Part shown: piece after piece, positions 22,753-34,583 of the stretch
Position numbering within the stretch: the first letter of the stretch is position 1
Layout: each line of letters begins with the position of its first letter
Assembly: GCA_051294905.1 (NCBI GenBank)
Contig: CM119384.1
Coordinates: forward strand, 24,242,001-24,306,000
Source: Botryllus schlosseri
Lineage: Eukaryota
Direction of reading: 5' to 3'
DNA: 64,000 nt
Notes under the pieces: model-generated
Seen by the model: only the letters and a program-made list of their open reading frames with translations
Told to the model about the DNA's origin: nothing
The model's database searches: none
Translations under genes and position numbers: made by a program

Positions 22753-24063
22753 TTATTTTTTGGCTTTTCTTCTTTGGCCTTTTGGTTTGTCGGTAGGACT
22801 TTGCTCATCCCTGTTTCTTTTGTTCGGTGAGCGGGCACTAAAGAATTCTGACGCTGTGAATGTGCGGTTTTCGAATTTTTTCCTTAATATCGAGGTCGAT
22901 CCGCTTGCCGGCGGATTGGTGTTGTCTATCTGGGATCTCGCCTCGTCTTCGCTTGTGACTAGGACTAAGTCCCCGTCGTTTGTACTTTCACTGCTAGTTT
23001 CGTTTTCCGTTTCTTGTACTATTGTCGTGTCTAATTCGGTCTTTTCAGGTGTATCGCCAAGTTCGGCGATTTCCCTAAATAGATCTATCACGTCATTTTC
23101 TTCTTGTTTTTCTTCGTCTATTTGTTGTTCGTTGGTGTTTTGTTCTGCGCTTTCCGCTTGTTTCAATGTTTCTTGGTTGTTGGCGCTTATTCGTACGAAT
23201 TGTGTCAGGGGGATGGCGTCTCTCTCCCCTGCTTGAGTCTGTTGTGTTTGTGGTAGCACATCAGATCTCTCTTTTCTCAATATAGCCTCTGGCTCATATT
23301 GCAGGAGTCTTCTTGCATTTGAGTTATTATTTGTGTTGTTTTCTGTGGTGTCTTTTGGTATTGTCTGCTGTTTTGGGTCCTCGTTCATGTTTTTTGGGCA
23401 ATTAATTTTTTTATGTCCGTATTCCTTGCATATCAAGCATGCCGTTTGGTTCGGGCAGTCTTTGGAGCCGTGCCCAGGATGGAGACACCTATAGCACATT
23501 TGATTTGTTGTGTCTTCTTCCGGGAGGTATGTTTTACAAGGGGCCTTGCCCAGATAGACAAAAGGCGGGATTCTGCCCGGTGTATAGTTCTCGATCGAAA
23601 TCTGTCTGTATCCGTTGAGTATATTTGTACCGCGGTGGTATATCAGGGTGATTTCCCTGATAGTACCACATTGGTAGCTTGTGAATTTTTTCCTGATTTC
23701 AGCTTCTTCGACTTCAGTCGGGACTGCTCTGATATTTACCTTGACTGTAGGAAGTCTAGGTTGCTCAATGTGTATTTTCCCTTTATCTGTGGTAATTCCG
23801 TTGTGTATTGCGTCTAAGAAGATCGTTTTCAATCTTTCCACCGGTGCTTCGGTTGGAAAGGTAAGATTGTAGGTATTCCTGCCTATTTGGAATAGGGAAA
23901 GGATATTATCTTTGTGTTCCACCAGTTTTGGATGCGTTCTTACTGCCTCGATGACCTCTGTAGCTGTGATATCTGTTGGGGTGAGTAAGTCCAAGGATCT
24001 TGGCCTGAGGCCGTAGGTGACCCTTGTGTTGTTCCTGCCTTGCAATGCATGCGAGTATGCCAT
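22753..24063 (-). CDS. E3 ORF1 (436 aa, two CCHC knuckles), intact
   Basis: CYRCLHPGHGSKDC and CLICKEYGHKKINC; homologous to E1 and E4 ORF1. Confidence 0.93.
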   Translation of the reverse strand: MAYSHALQGRNNTRVTYGLRPRSLDLLTPTDITATEVIEAVRTHPKLVEHKDNILSLFQIGRNTYNLTFPTEAPVERLKTIFLDAIHNGITTDKGKIHIEQPRLPTVKVNIRAVPTEVEEAEIRKKFTSYQCGTIREITLIYHRGTNILNGYRQISIENYTPGRIPPFVYLGKAPCKTYLPEEDTTNQMCYRCLHPGHGSKDCPNQTACLICKEYGHKKINCPKNMNEDPKQQTIPKDTTENNTNNNSNARRLLQYEPEAILRKERSDVLPQTQQTQAGERDAIPLTQFVRISANNQETLKQAESAEQNTNEQQIDEEKQEENDVIDLFREIAELGDTPEKTELDTTIVQETENETSSESTNDGDLVLVTSEDEARSQIDNTNPPASGSTSILRKKFENRTFTASEFFSARSPNKRNRDEQSPTDKPKGQRRKAKK

Positions 24064-24419
24064 GGCTATTGTAAGAAGGTGTTGGTTTCTGTTAGAGCTA
24101 GACAGCTGCTGGCGTCTAGTTCCTGTATCTTGTTTCCAGATGTGTGTGTTTGCGGCGTAAGTTCGTGCTATGCTGTGTAGCTGTGGCTTTACTGCTCTGC
24201 ACTATGAATGCCGCTATCGGTTTGTTGTTCTCTGTAGTCTATATACTGCTACGCTGCTGTGAAGCGCGTTGTTTAGCGATGCTTTTAGAAGCTTTCTGAC
24301 GCGTTTTTAAAGGCGTTTCTACGCGCTTGTTACACCGATACTACAGTTTCGCTTGCTGTACGAGCACCGTCTAGACGGTGTCGTAGCGCTTAAGTAATTT
24401 AGTTAGGAGAGCCAGACAG

Positions 24420-24650
24420 TCTCTCGACGTCTCGAACGAGACGCGCGTGAGAGGAGAAGGTAGTAGGCAGAGAGACTTGACTCAAGAGAGAGTCAAGTCT
24501 CTAAAGAAAAGACTCGACGAGTCCTGACTCGAGAGAGAGAGTCAAGACTCGAAGAGGTAGAGAAAAGACTCACCAAGACTCGACTCACTAAGACGAGTCA
24601 AGTCCCGGGGAGGTAGAGGTTTTTGAGTGAAAAGGTGACTCGAAGTGGAA
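24420..24650. repeat. Cluster of GACTC/GAGTC palindromic hairpins in the E3 5' UTR
   Basis: For example the perfect 13-bp stem agagacttgactc-aagaga-gagtcaagtctct at ~24471-24502. Confidence 0.75.
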
Positions 24651-24815
24651 TTTCGACGACGAAAAGAAGGAGAGGAAGTAAGTACGATAAGCCTATGTAA
24701 GTCAGAAAAAATAACTAGTTATTACGGTTAGGGTAAGTCTAGACTACTGCCACAGCGGCACCGGATCTCCTTGTTGCACCTGAAATAGCCGTTAGTTCAT
24801 ACTTACGCGTGATAC

Positions 24816-24839
24816 CTTAATACAACCAAATACTCCAAC
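24816..24839 (-). other. SL 24-mer D (GTTGGAGTATTTGGTTGTATTAAG), followed by GTATCACGC-GTAAGTAT
   Basis: 23/24 identity to copy B; only the first nucleotide differs. Confidence 0.8.
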
Positions 24840-24859
24840 TGGTTGGAATCGAACCAACT

Positions 24860-26065
24860 GGCCTTTATAACGCGTATAGATAGAACTGTAGACAGCACAA
24901 CGAAGCTGCAAACTGTACTGCAAAAGCATTACAATACGCGCACGGATAGTAGCTATACGCAGCGCATCTCTTCAGCAAAAAGCAACGCTACAAACTGTGT
25001 TGAAATAGCAATACATAGGTAGCAACCAACGACCGCAGTCTCGTCTAGACAAGCTGAAACAATCAGACAGGAAGGTAATTACCGATACTGGAGTATCGCT
25101 TCTCGGAGACAGACACAGCGCGTTACTGCGACGCACAAACAACAGTCGCAGATCAAAAGCAACACACCACGCCGGCTCTTACTGCCGACGTGGTGTTCTA
25201 GACTACAAAGGCCACCCACTCAACGTATACAGAGAAGCCGGCGATACACACCGGCTTCTCAGGCTACAAAAAGCCTAGGCCTAGCAAGATGGCATACGCA
25301 AACGTGCTAAGAAGCAACGCCGAAGCAAGAGTTACTTATGGCCTTCGGCCAAGATCAATTGACGTTCTTACGCCAAATGAACTGAAAGCAAGCAAACTAA
25401 TCGATGCTATTCAACAAAACCCGAACCTATCACAGCATATGGATGATATATTTTCAATCTTTTAGATAGGTAGGAATACATTCAATCTGACTTTCGAGGC
25501 AGATTCCCCTATCGAAAGACTCAGGGAAACATTCATCCACGAAACGAAAGAAGACGGAATAAACACAAAGGGAAAAATATACTTCACAGAAACACGAAAA
25601 CCAACAATAAAGATTAACATTAGGGCTGTGCCAAGTGAGGTGGACGAGGCCGAAGTTCGCCAAAAATTTCAAAATTACGAATGCGGTAACATAAAAGAAA
25701 TAGACATCATTTTCCATCGGGGAACAAAAATACACAATGGATATCGGCAAATATCCATAGAAAATTATATACCAGGCAAAATACCAGCATTCGTGTACCT
25801 TGGGCGCGCACCCTGCAAGGTATACTTACCGCCAGAGGAGCTTACAAACCAGAAATGTAATCGATGTCTCCTCACAGGACACAACGCAAAACAATGCCCA
25901 AACGAAACAGCATGTCTGCTTTGCAACGAATACGGGCACAGGAAAGACCAATGCACGAAAAACACAAACATAGAAAATGCGAGACGGGACTTCCCACCTC
26001 TACCCGGGAATGCAAACACACAAAAAAACACGAACCAAGAACAACTCCTGGCAGAAAGCCAACCG
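24860..26065 (+). mobile_element. Tx1 element E4, 5' part (5' UTR + ORF1 from ATG 25289, nonsense codon ~25463); head-to-head with E3
   Basis: MAYANVLRSNAEARVTYGLRPRSIDVLTP vs E3 MAYSHALQGRNNTRVTYGLRPRSLDLLTP; CNRCLLTGHNAKQC, CLLCNEYGHRKDQC; 5' limit approximate. Confidence 0.9.
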
Positions 26066-26086
26066 CCCAGCAAACACTAGATGTCT

Positions 26087-26640
26087 TTTGAACCTGTCAG
26101 GATATCTTTTTCTTGTCCAGCCAGGTTCAAATCATATCTTGTGCATGCTTTGTGCTGAAGCACGACTTAAATATATCTTTTTCATCTCCAGTCATGTTCA
26201 AATCATATCTTTGTGCAAACCTTGTGCTGAAGCACGACTTAAATATATCTTGTTCTTGTCCAGTCAAGTCCAAATCGTATCTTGTCCATACCTTGTGCTG
26301 AAGCACGAAATAACTATATCTTTTTCTTGTTCAGTCAAGTCCAAATCATATCTTGTCCATACCTTCTGTGCTGAAGCACGACATCAATATATCTTGTTCT
26401 TGTCCAGTCAAGTCCAAATCATATCTTGTCCATACCTTGTGCTGAAGCACGGCTTAAATATATCTCGTTGTTGTCCAGTCAAGTCCAAATCATATTTTGT
26501 CCATACCTAGTGCTGAAGCACGACTTAAATATATCTTGTTCTTGTCCAGTCAAGTCCAAATCATATCCTGTGCATACCATAGCAATTTGCAACGTAGCTA
26601 CGCGCTGTAAATTGCTATGTGCATACCTTGTGCTGAACCA
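26087..26640. repeat. 71-bp subterminal tandem repeat (~7-8 copies)
   Basis: cagtcaagtccaaatc recurs at 26261, 26332, 26405, 26476, 26547. Confidence 0.92.
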
Positions 26641-29113
26641 CAACTTGTCTTGGCCAAATTTTGTCGAATGCTGAAAATATATTTGTTAGGAATATCAAAT
26701 TCGATTATTGCTTCCTATTATGGTAGAGTGGTGTTTATAAATGTACAGTAGATTATATTGAACTTTTACTCTCATGGGGCGATTAATCACCTGTGTCACT
26801 ACCGTATGTTCCACCTAGTGTCACGCTCTTTCTTGCAATTTTGCAGACTAAAATTAAATATCATATTAGCCCGCATCCTCGCGCTCCGCCACCTCCGCTG
26901 CTTTCGGTGGTTGGGTTGTATTTGATTGGAATTGGTCGGTTCCCAAATTTTGGAAGGAAATTTGAAAGTCCGCAGAATCCGGCTGGAGAATTTCCGGTTC
27001 TGCGTCCAAAAAACTTCTGCCAAAATCATGATATCGTATTTAAGATTATAATTAAGAATGTTGTCAAAATCCGACTTTCGAAATAAATTCAGAATCCGCA
27101 TCCAGTCCGGCTGAAATCCTGCTACGACTCCGGCTTCTGATCCGGAGTGTAAACGAGAGACCATTTCTCCCTTGCGAGTTCACATAAATTTCGGCGCGAA
27201 AAGGCAAAATACTGGCAGACAAAGCGCTCTCGTAATGGAGGCTTACAGCTACGCAGTCGTATGTTAGGTTTAGTTGCGTTCTGGAATTAATCGTGGTAAA
27301 TTAAGGGTCAACCAACCATATTCCTTCAGAGGATTACTGAAAACTGAACTGTAGATGGTAATTTATATATGCTTGATACGAAACATAGGTATATAGTGTA
27401 TGGTATAATGTCACAAAGTATAGAACTTGGTTTGCACTTTTGCGAATATCATAAAAGGTATTGTGACAGTGCTGGATTATATAATATCATCAGATGGTGG
27501 TCGCTAAAATCATTCGTTGTGATCAAATGTTTATGTACTTTTGTCTATAATTGTGTAGTGGGAGCTGAGCTGCAACGTGGTAATGCCCAGATATAAAATA
27601 AGACTGGGGAAGCACGGACGTAGGCAGTACCAGAAAGAGTGGCTACGGTTCAAGCGAGCTAGAACCGCCGATTTGACGGGCCGGATCGTTTCATCATCAT
27701 CAAGTGAAATATGACACGGGCAATTGGACTCTGTACAAAATACGTATCAAATGCTCATCCGGTAAGTCAACTCATAATTTGTGAAGGTTTACCGTTACTC
27801 AGTAGGCTACCAGTGTTGGGATGACTTGAATCATGACAAAAATGAGACTGTAGCATGTAGCTATACCAGTGATTCCCAACAGCGGCCTCGAGCTAGCCGT
27901 CTTGCGTCCCCCACAAAAATTTAAAGAAATCGATTTATGATATAAAATAAAATTTATATTTATAAAATTCTCTTGCTTAGCTTGGAGTCTGGAGTTGTTA
28001 ATTAGGATTGCAGAAAAGTTCTGAGTAGAGTGCTAACGTTATGTCACTACTGTATATAGGTATTGTGTATTGATAACTAATCTACGATAAGATGTACAAC
28101 ACGTGACTCACGGTTGAATACGCTGAGGCAAAACTCAGCAGCAGTTCTCCTCGATTTTACTCTATTTTGTGAACTTTTTATTGATCTAAAGCAGTCACGA
28201 ATTCGTGCGGCCCCAACTATATACACTGTAATTTTTTTCATGTCGTTGAAATCAGAAAAGACAACACTTTTTTCGTCAAAAAAGATCCCACGTAAAATGT
28301 CCTAGATGATGTCGATTGTGCTTTATATTTAGGTGTTTCCATATTTAGGTGTTTCCGTATTTAGGTGTTTCCGATCTAGGTGATACCTCACTGCGGCCCG
28401 ATATAGAATACTAAATAATCTGGCGTACATGTCGACCTCCGTTCTGTCCTCGCAATAACACTAAAATCATCTGGCGTACTCGACAATCAAACTGTATGAA
28501 TCCCGCATGGGGCATTTTATTATAAACGGAATAATGAACGTATATGCAAATAAACATAGTGCACTAAAATAAATATAAGGCAAGAAATAGGACATGCAGC
28601 ATAAATAGTAGCCGAAATTTTCCAATTAGAATATGGCAGCCCTACCCGCATGGAAATAAACCACATGCTAAGTCCAGCTTGGAAAAATTACTTGAACTTA
28701 TTGCAGAATTTGTTATTATGCTACTTAATTGAAAGTATAACTCACTAAACAAATGTAGTGAGTACCCGCATGGAAGTAAATCACGTGCCAAGTCCAGCTT
28801 GGAAAAATTACTCCAACTTATTACAGAATTTGTTACTATGCTACTTAATTGAAAGTATAACTCACCAAACAAATGTAGTGAGAAAATTGACCTTATACAG
28901 GATTTGTACCATGTAACGAACTTGTAGTACTTGTGAAGTACTACTCAAAAAACGAATGTAGTGAGAAATCCATTCTTAGAAAGTCTTATTCTGGAGCATA
29001 TTGTTGAAATCTAAGAAAGAAATCGGCCAAGTTGGTAGACATATATTGAGCACTTTTGTCGCCTATTACGACATGCTGGACGAAAGCCAGAAGCTGAAAA
29101 TCTTTCGGATACT

Positions 29114-32100
29114 TTAGGTCCCAGCATAATAGCATGCCATGATATTAATCAGCATATCAAAGACCGTATCATAGTCTTGACACAAAATTCTATGGCCATC
29201 ACCCATCAGGTAGAATCCAGCCCTGGATCTTGCCATTCTAGTGCTTTGCGACACCAAATGTGGAGGCTGTGATCTTTTGCAGTGGATTTGAGCATCGTGA
29301 GCCTGAAATATAAGTATTTTTTTCAAAAATTCAAACAATGCATATGACTGTCAACAACAGGGGTGACATCTCTACACCAGTAATTCACTAAGTTATCTAG
29401 ACACGCCAGACAATGTGAAAAATTTCACGCCCACTTACCGTAATGTCACAAAAGTTGATTGCATGGAACGTTATGACTTGCAGGGAACGTTATGACTGTT
29501 ACTGAGAAAATTCTCAAGTATAATATTCGGACTCTATGGAATTGTAGGTAAATGGCGAGAAGAGAGAAAACTTTTTGTTATCGACCACTGCTTTCCACCC
29601 CCTTCGTATGCTTTCATGCCCCTCAGTTTAAGAACCACTGCTGCACAGTCAGCTGCATGTATCAGCGATTGACATCTTTATATAAACTTAGTTATAATCA
29701 AGTACCTGTTCCACTGACAATGCTACAGTCAGCTGCATGTATCAGCGATTGAAATCATTATATAAACTTAGTTATAATCAAGTACCTGTTCCACTGACAA
29801 TGCAGATACTGTGGACTTCTTTCTAGAGTTCATACTGGCGTCGGTCTTCTTCAACTTGATTCTGCCATCAGCGAGTTGCGATTTCACTTTTAGCAGATTT
29901 TTCAGTTGATCATTCACACTAAACGTTTGAAGAATTCCGTACAATTGCTTGAAAAGTGACACGCTACCAGCTGCAGTCCTCGTTGTCGAATTCTCTTTTG
30001 CAGCTGACGAGTCGCTTCTCCAACAGTCAACTTGAATCCACCTGAATATGTAAATATTAGTAGTGACACAATACTCAAGATGGCTTGGTGCTACCGAAAA
30101 CAGGGTCTGGTCTGGTTTCCTACCCACAACGCTGTAATGCCCATGAACAATGCCGGTCTATACCCACAGTACAAACTACGCTGTAATTAAACTGGCGCAC
30201 ACCACCAGACCACTTCTATATACGCACAGTACAAACTATGTTGTAATTAAAATAGCGCACACCACCAGACCACTTCTATATACGCACAGTACAAATTATG
30301 TTGTAATTAAACTGGCGCACACCACCAGACCACTTCTACATACGCACAGTACAAACTATGTTGTAATTAAACTGGCCTACATTACCGGACTCCTTCTACA
30401 TACGCACAGTACAAACTATGTTGTAATTAAACTGGCCCACATTACCGGACTCCTTCTACATACGCACAGTACAAACTATGTTGTAATTAAACTGGCCCAC
30501 ATTACCGGACTCCTATATACGCACAGTACAAACTATGTTGTAATTAAACTGGCGCACACCACCGGACTACTTCTATATACTCACAGTACAAACTATGTTG
30601 TAATTAAACTGGCCCACATTACCGGACTCCTTCTATATACGCAAAGTACAAACTATGTTGTAATTAAACTGGCACACACCACCAGACCACTTCTATATAC
30701 GCACAGTACAAACTATGTTGTAATTAAACTGGCGCACATTATCGGACTCCTTCTATATACGCACAGTACAAATTATGTTGTAATTAAACTGGCGCACATT
30801 ACCGGACTCCTTCTATATACGCACAGTACAAACTATGTTGTAATTAAACCGGCCTACATTAACGGACTCCTATATACTCACAGTACAAACTATGTTGTGA
30901 TAAACTGGCCCACATTACCGGACTCCTTTTATATACTCGCAGTAATTTACCTGACACTGCTGACACAGAAGCGTTTTTAAGGGAAGCAGGACGTTGTCTG
31001 AGAAGTCTGAGCGCTCTCAATTTCTGAGACAGTTTCGTGTTGATATTTTTCTAGAAAAAAAATTAGATGATCAGTGCAAATGAATTTAGACCAATGAGAC
31101 CAGTTTACTTTACCCAGGGGGGGGGGGGGGTTCTGTAAGGTAGATCCTAAGCACGGATACTTTTCCACAAGTGCCTTTCCAAACTTTCGATACGAACACG
31201 CACACTGCTCCACTACGAGGTTGATAACTTCATAAGCTGTACGTTGCTTCAGCGCTAGTTCAACTTTCACACTGAATTCCGGCAAGGGCATCGGAGGATC
31301 GAGGTGCTTGATACTGCATGGTGGCTGTTAATTGATGAAAATATGAGAGTGTGTCCTACTAGAATAATGTGGATATTTACCATATCATGCACAAGGAGAT
31401 ATGTCGAGTTGTCGTCTTCTCGAGGAAGTGTGGACTGCTGAGGCAGACAGGTTAGCTAAATTCATTGCAAAATTTTATCAAATACTTACTGGCGTAGCTG
31501 CTTCTGAAGAAGCTTAATCACAGCGGACTGACGGCTCTACGAATTGACGTCATTATCTAAAAATAATGTAACAATTTTGAACGTAACATCAATATGACGG
31601 ATAATCCCCATCGTTACAAGCAGTACACATGTCCAACATGCCTCGTCATTACAAACTGCTGGTCATCAATAATATGACCGATTTGAGGCCACTGAAATTC
31701 ATGACCAGGGGCGGAATTACAAAACAACTACCGCACTGCGGAATCAACATTTACCGTCACAATTCGAGAGAAGCGGACAATCGCGATTACAAAACCCTCA
31801 ATAACGATATCTTCGAGAGCATTTTTACCGATGAAATTGACTTACCGCAAAACGTAGGGATCGAGAGAAAACGTGAACAATCTGCATCACGAACGTCACT
31901 ATCCGCGAAGTTAAGTATTACAAAACTGAAATTAGCGCAGATTTCTCGCGTTAACTTACCGCCTAGCTTCTAGCTGGCGGAGATGAATCCGCGCTGGAAA
32001 TTGCAGCTTTTTGAACTGCAAAATCTTAATTTTCTACTTCAATATAGTACAGAAGTGAGGCAGTAATCGATCTAAAAGGGCATGTCATGTAAGTTACCCA

Positions 32101-33419
32101 ATTGGGTTGTATGTCGTAGGCCCAACTATTAGTGAAATCAAGCGAAATAAGACAGTGGCGATATCAAACGCTTATGAATTGAATTCGCATACGAACCAGT
32201 AAGTGCGGATACTGAGTAGGCTACCTCACGCCGTTTAAGGCCTGTATGAATATAACGGGGACTTGAGTTCCAAGTCGGAAGCATGCTTTTATGTTAAATT
32301 ATTGATTGCTAACCTCGGTAGGTTAGTAATCTGTTGTCAAATATACCATTTAATATCCACTTTCACATCGTGTGGTCGTCTTGTCGCTGCCGAACAGTAC
32401 CAGCATTCAGTCCGATTCGGCAGGCCTATAAAGCCGTTGCTAATTACGATCATCGCCATGTTTCCAGAATGTTATATATGTATTGCTCCAACTGTATCCT
32501 CGCACGAAATTAAAACTCAATGTACGCGTGATACCTGATGCAGCGGCCTAAAGCAGACAAACGATAATGTACCGTACGCCTGTAATTTTGTTCTTTTCAG
32601 AGCAAATATCACAAACTATTAGGGTATTTTCATTTCCCTGTTTGTGAAAGATTATCGCAGCTAAATTACATATGGTTGCTGACCAGTGACCACACATCAT
32701 TATAAGCCCTCATTTGATGTCATCTTTTACTGATATTGCCGACTCGGCAAAATCACAAATTAGCGCGGTGATTGCGAAACGTTGCGTCTGGAATTACGAG
32801 AGTTTACGCGAGTTCAAAGCGCTCTTGCGTGAGCTGGCCGCAAATTGTTTTGAAATACCATTCTTTACATTATGCGGTAATCGCATTCGAGAGAGCTCGT
32901 TACCGCTGGCGGAGATTCCGACTTCCCGCAATGTTTTGTAATGTCCCCCCAGAAATACAGTACAACCCACAGATATTGCTATGTCTAATAACGAATGAAT
33001 TCATTGTGAAATTAAAAGTACAAACATCCAGTTTATGGTAGCTGCAAAATATTTGATTATTTACATACAACAGTTACCGGTAATCAATACAAGTAAATTC
33101 TGGTAAGCCATCATCTTTGAGCCTTTCAACAAGGGTGCGACAGGACTTTCCAGTGATGATTGATCTCACTTCATATAACCTCTAATGAGCTATTTCCACT
33201 AATAGTTTCATCGAGCATATCACTCAAATCTAATTCTGTTAGACTCTTATGACGTCTCCGGCCATGATTTTTCAACTGATGATGATCATGAAACACTATT
33301 CCACAGAGCTTGCATGTATAAATCAGACTCGGATGGTCCTTGCGACATTTCAAGAAATGTTTTGTAATCCGATCTGAACTCCCAACGAACGGGCACAGCC
33401 AACATTTTCCATTTGACAT
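29114..33419 (-). pseudogene. Fragmented CACTA-associated gene remnants: C2H2 Zn-finger exon (33171-33419) and SAMD3-like segments (30977-31291, 29114-29338)
   Basis: CKLCGIVFHDHHQLKNHGRRRH; YRKFGKALVEKYPCL; FYLMGDGHRILCQDYDTVFDMLINIMACYY; family assignment from motif recall. Confidence 0.55.
30150..30960. repeat. 60-bp minisatellite (~13 copies, some 57 bp)
   Basis: Unit tacgcacagtacaaactatgttgtaattaaactggcccacattaccggactccttctata. Confidence 0.95.
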
Positions 33420-33558
33420 TTACGACACTCTAATATAATTACTTCTAGACAAAATGCAAAGAAAAACATTCTAGATCACTATTCGTAACACCATTTAACC
33501 TCCTACAAGATGCATCGATCACAACTGCTCACTAAATTGTGTAGATTACCAACGCTAG

Positions 33559-33899
33559 TAGGGCTGGGCAAAATCGAGTGCCATAGTGCTTCGATTCTAG
33601 ATCACGGCTCATGCTCAAAGTTGAGTATTCTAGTACCACTCATTATGACACCAAAACAGAATGTAAATTGACAGGATTGAAAGCTTTTTACTATGGTTGG
33701 TACGCTGCAATACGGCCAATCAATGCTAACACAGTAGGAAAACGTATCGTAACTTCAATTCCAGTTGAAAAATTGATACCGGTACTCATGGCGAAGAGCG
33801 TCTCATACTTGAAAATATCGTCTTTTACCACTACACTCAAATCAGTAAAATTGATACTCATTCAAAATTCACGTACTTTAATCATTGTGCCCAGCCCTA
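33559..33899. mobile_element. hAT MITE, 341 bp
   Basis: TIR TAGGGCTGGGCA / TGCCCAGCCCTA; TSD aacgctag/atcgctag. Confidence 0.85.
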
Positions 33900-34583
33900 A
33901 TCGCTAGTTACGCAATGTTACAAGTTCAAAGCGGAGAGCTATATATAGCTATAGCTGCGTTATAACAGGGCATATTGCTTAAGCTATGCGTGAGCTAGAT
34001 ACAGATTAGGATCGTACTTTATATCAGATATCTATATAACAGGGTACATTAATGCTAAAGCTATTTACCTATTTCCAATTTCTTGATATGGCGCCATGCA
34101 ACGCCGTTACTCGCCAAGAAAGTTTTGAAATCTGCAGCACAGCCAGTTCCTGTCATCTTCCCAGCACGTTGAATCGCAAAAGAGCGAGACGGGGACACAG
34201 AACTTTCGCAAAGCGGAAAAAAAGAGAAATTTTCTCTATAGCGCCTAGCTTCGTTGGCGGCCATGCGCTGAAATCTCTCCTTTGTGATGCCTCAAGCGGA
34301 TAATTTCGCGATTCTGCCATCTCATATTTACCGTGTACTCTGAAATTCTAAATTTGGCCCTGACACCGAAAAAGGCTGGGAACCACTAAGCTATATATAC
34401 AGTTACTTGCGTACAGTATTTCATTAGCAGTTCCATGTTTGCGTGTGCGATACAATATCGTTTTTTCAAGTTTGTGCTAGTTTTCAAATTTGAGTGATTC
34501 TAGATCTAGTTGCGCTGTTTACAAATCCAGTAGTTTGATAAATCTGGAAACTTACCATCTATATTATTATCCATCTGTTTTAG

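Larger units (their letters stand above)
18716..24839 (-). mobile_element. Tx1/L1-clade element E3, full length, SL 24-mer at the 5' end, poly(A)14 at the 3' end
   Basis: T14 at 18716-18729; ORF1 and ORF2 present; ~750-nt 5' UTR. Confidence 0.92.
28224..34335. mobile_element. Second CACTA/EnSpm-type element, defective
   Basis: CACTGTAA...TTTACCGTG ends; TA TSD; removing it restores the MITE; 16-bp x3 subterminal repeat at 28325-28372. Confidence 0.75.
27867..34388. mobile_element. hAT MITE (~410 bp) split by a nested CACTA
   Basis: CAGTGATTCCC...GGGAACCACTA; TSD agctatac/agctatat; same family as 55858-57940. Confidence 0.8.

Noticed and set aside
24840-24860. Perfect tRNA T-arm (GTTGG-TTCGATT-CCAAC) just upstream of SL copy D
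   Set aside because: The rest of a cloverleaf is absent, and the same words occur in the foldback MITE arms.
25095-25106. ATCGCTTCTCGG (canonical U2 first 12 nt) in the E4 5' UTR, overlapping ACTGGAGTAT (SL-start-like)
   Set aside because: Only 12 nt with no extension, and the local U2 reads ATTGCT; cannot be distinguished from chance.
32523-32536. 14-nt match to the sequence following SL copy D
   Set aside because: No SL upstream and no further similarity.
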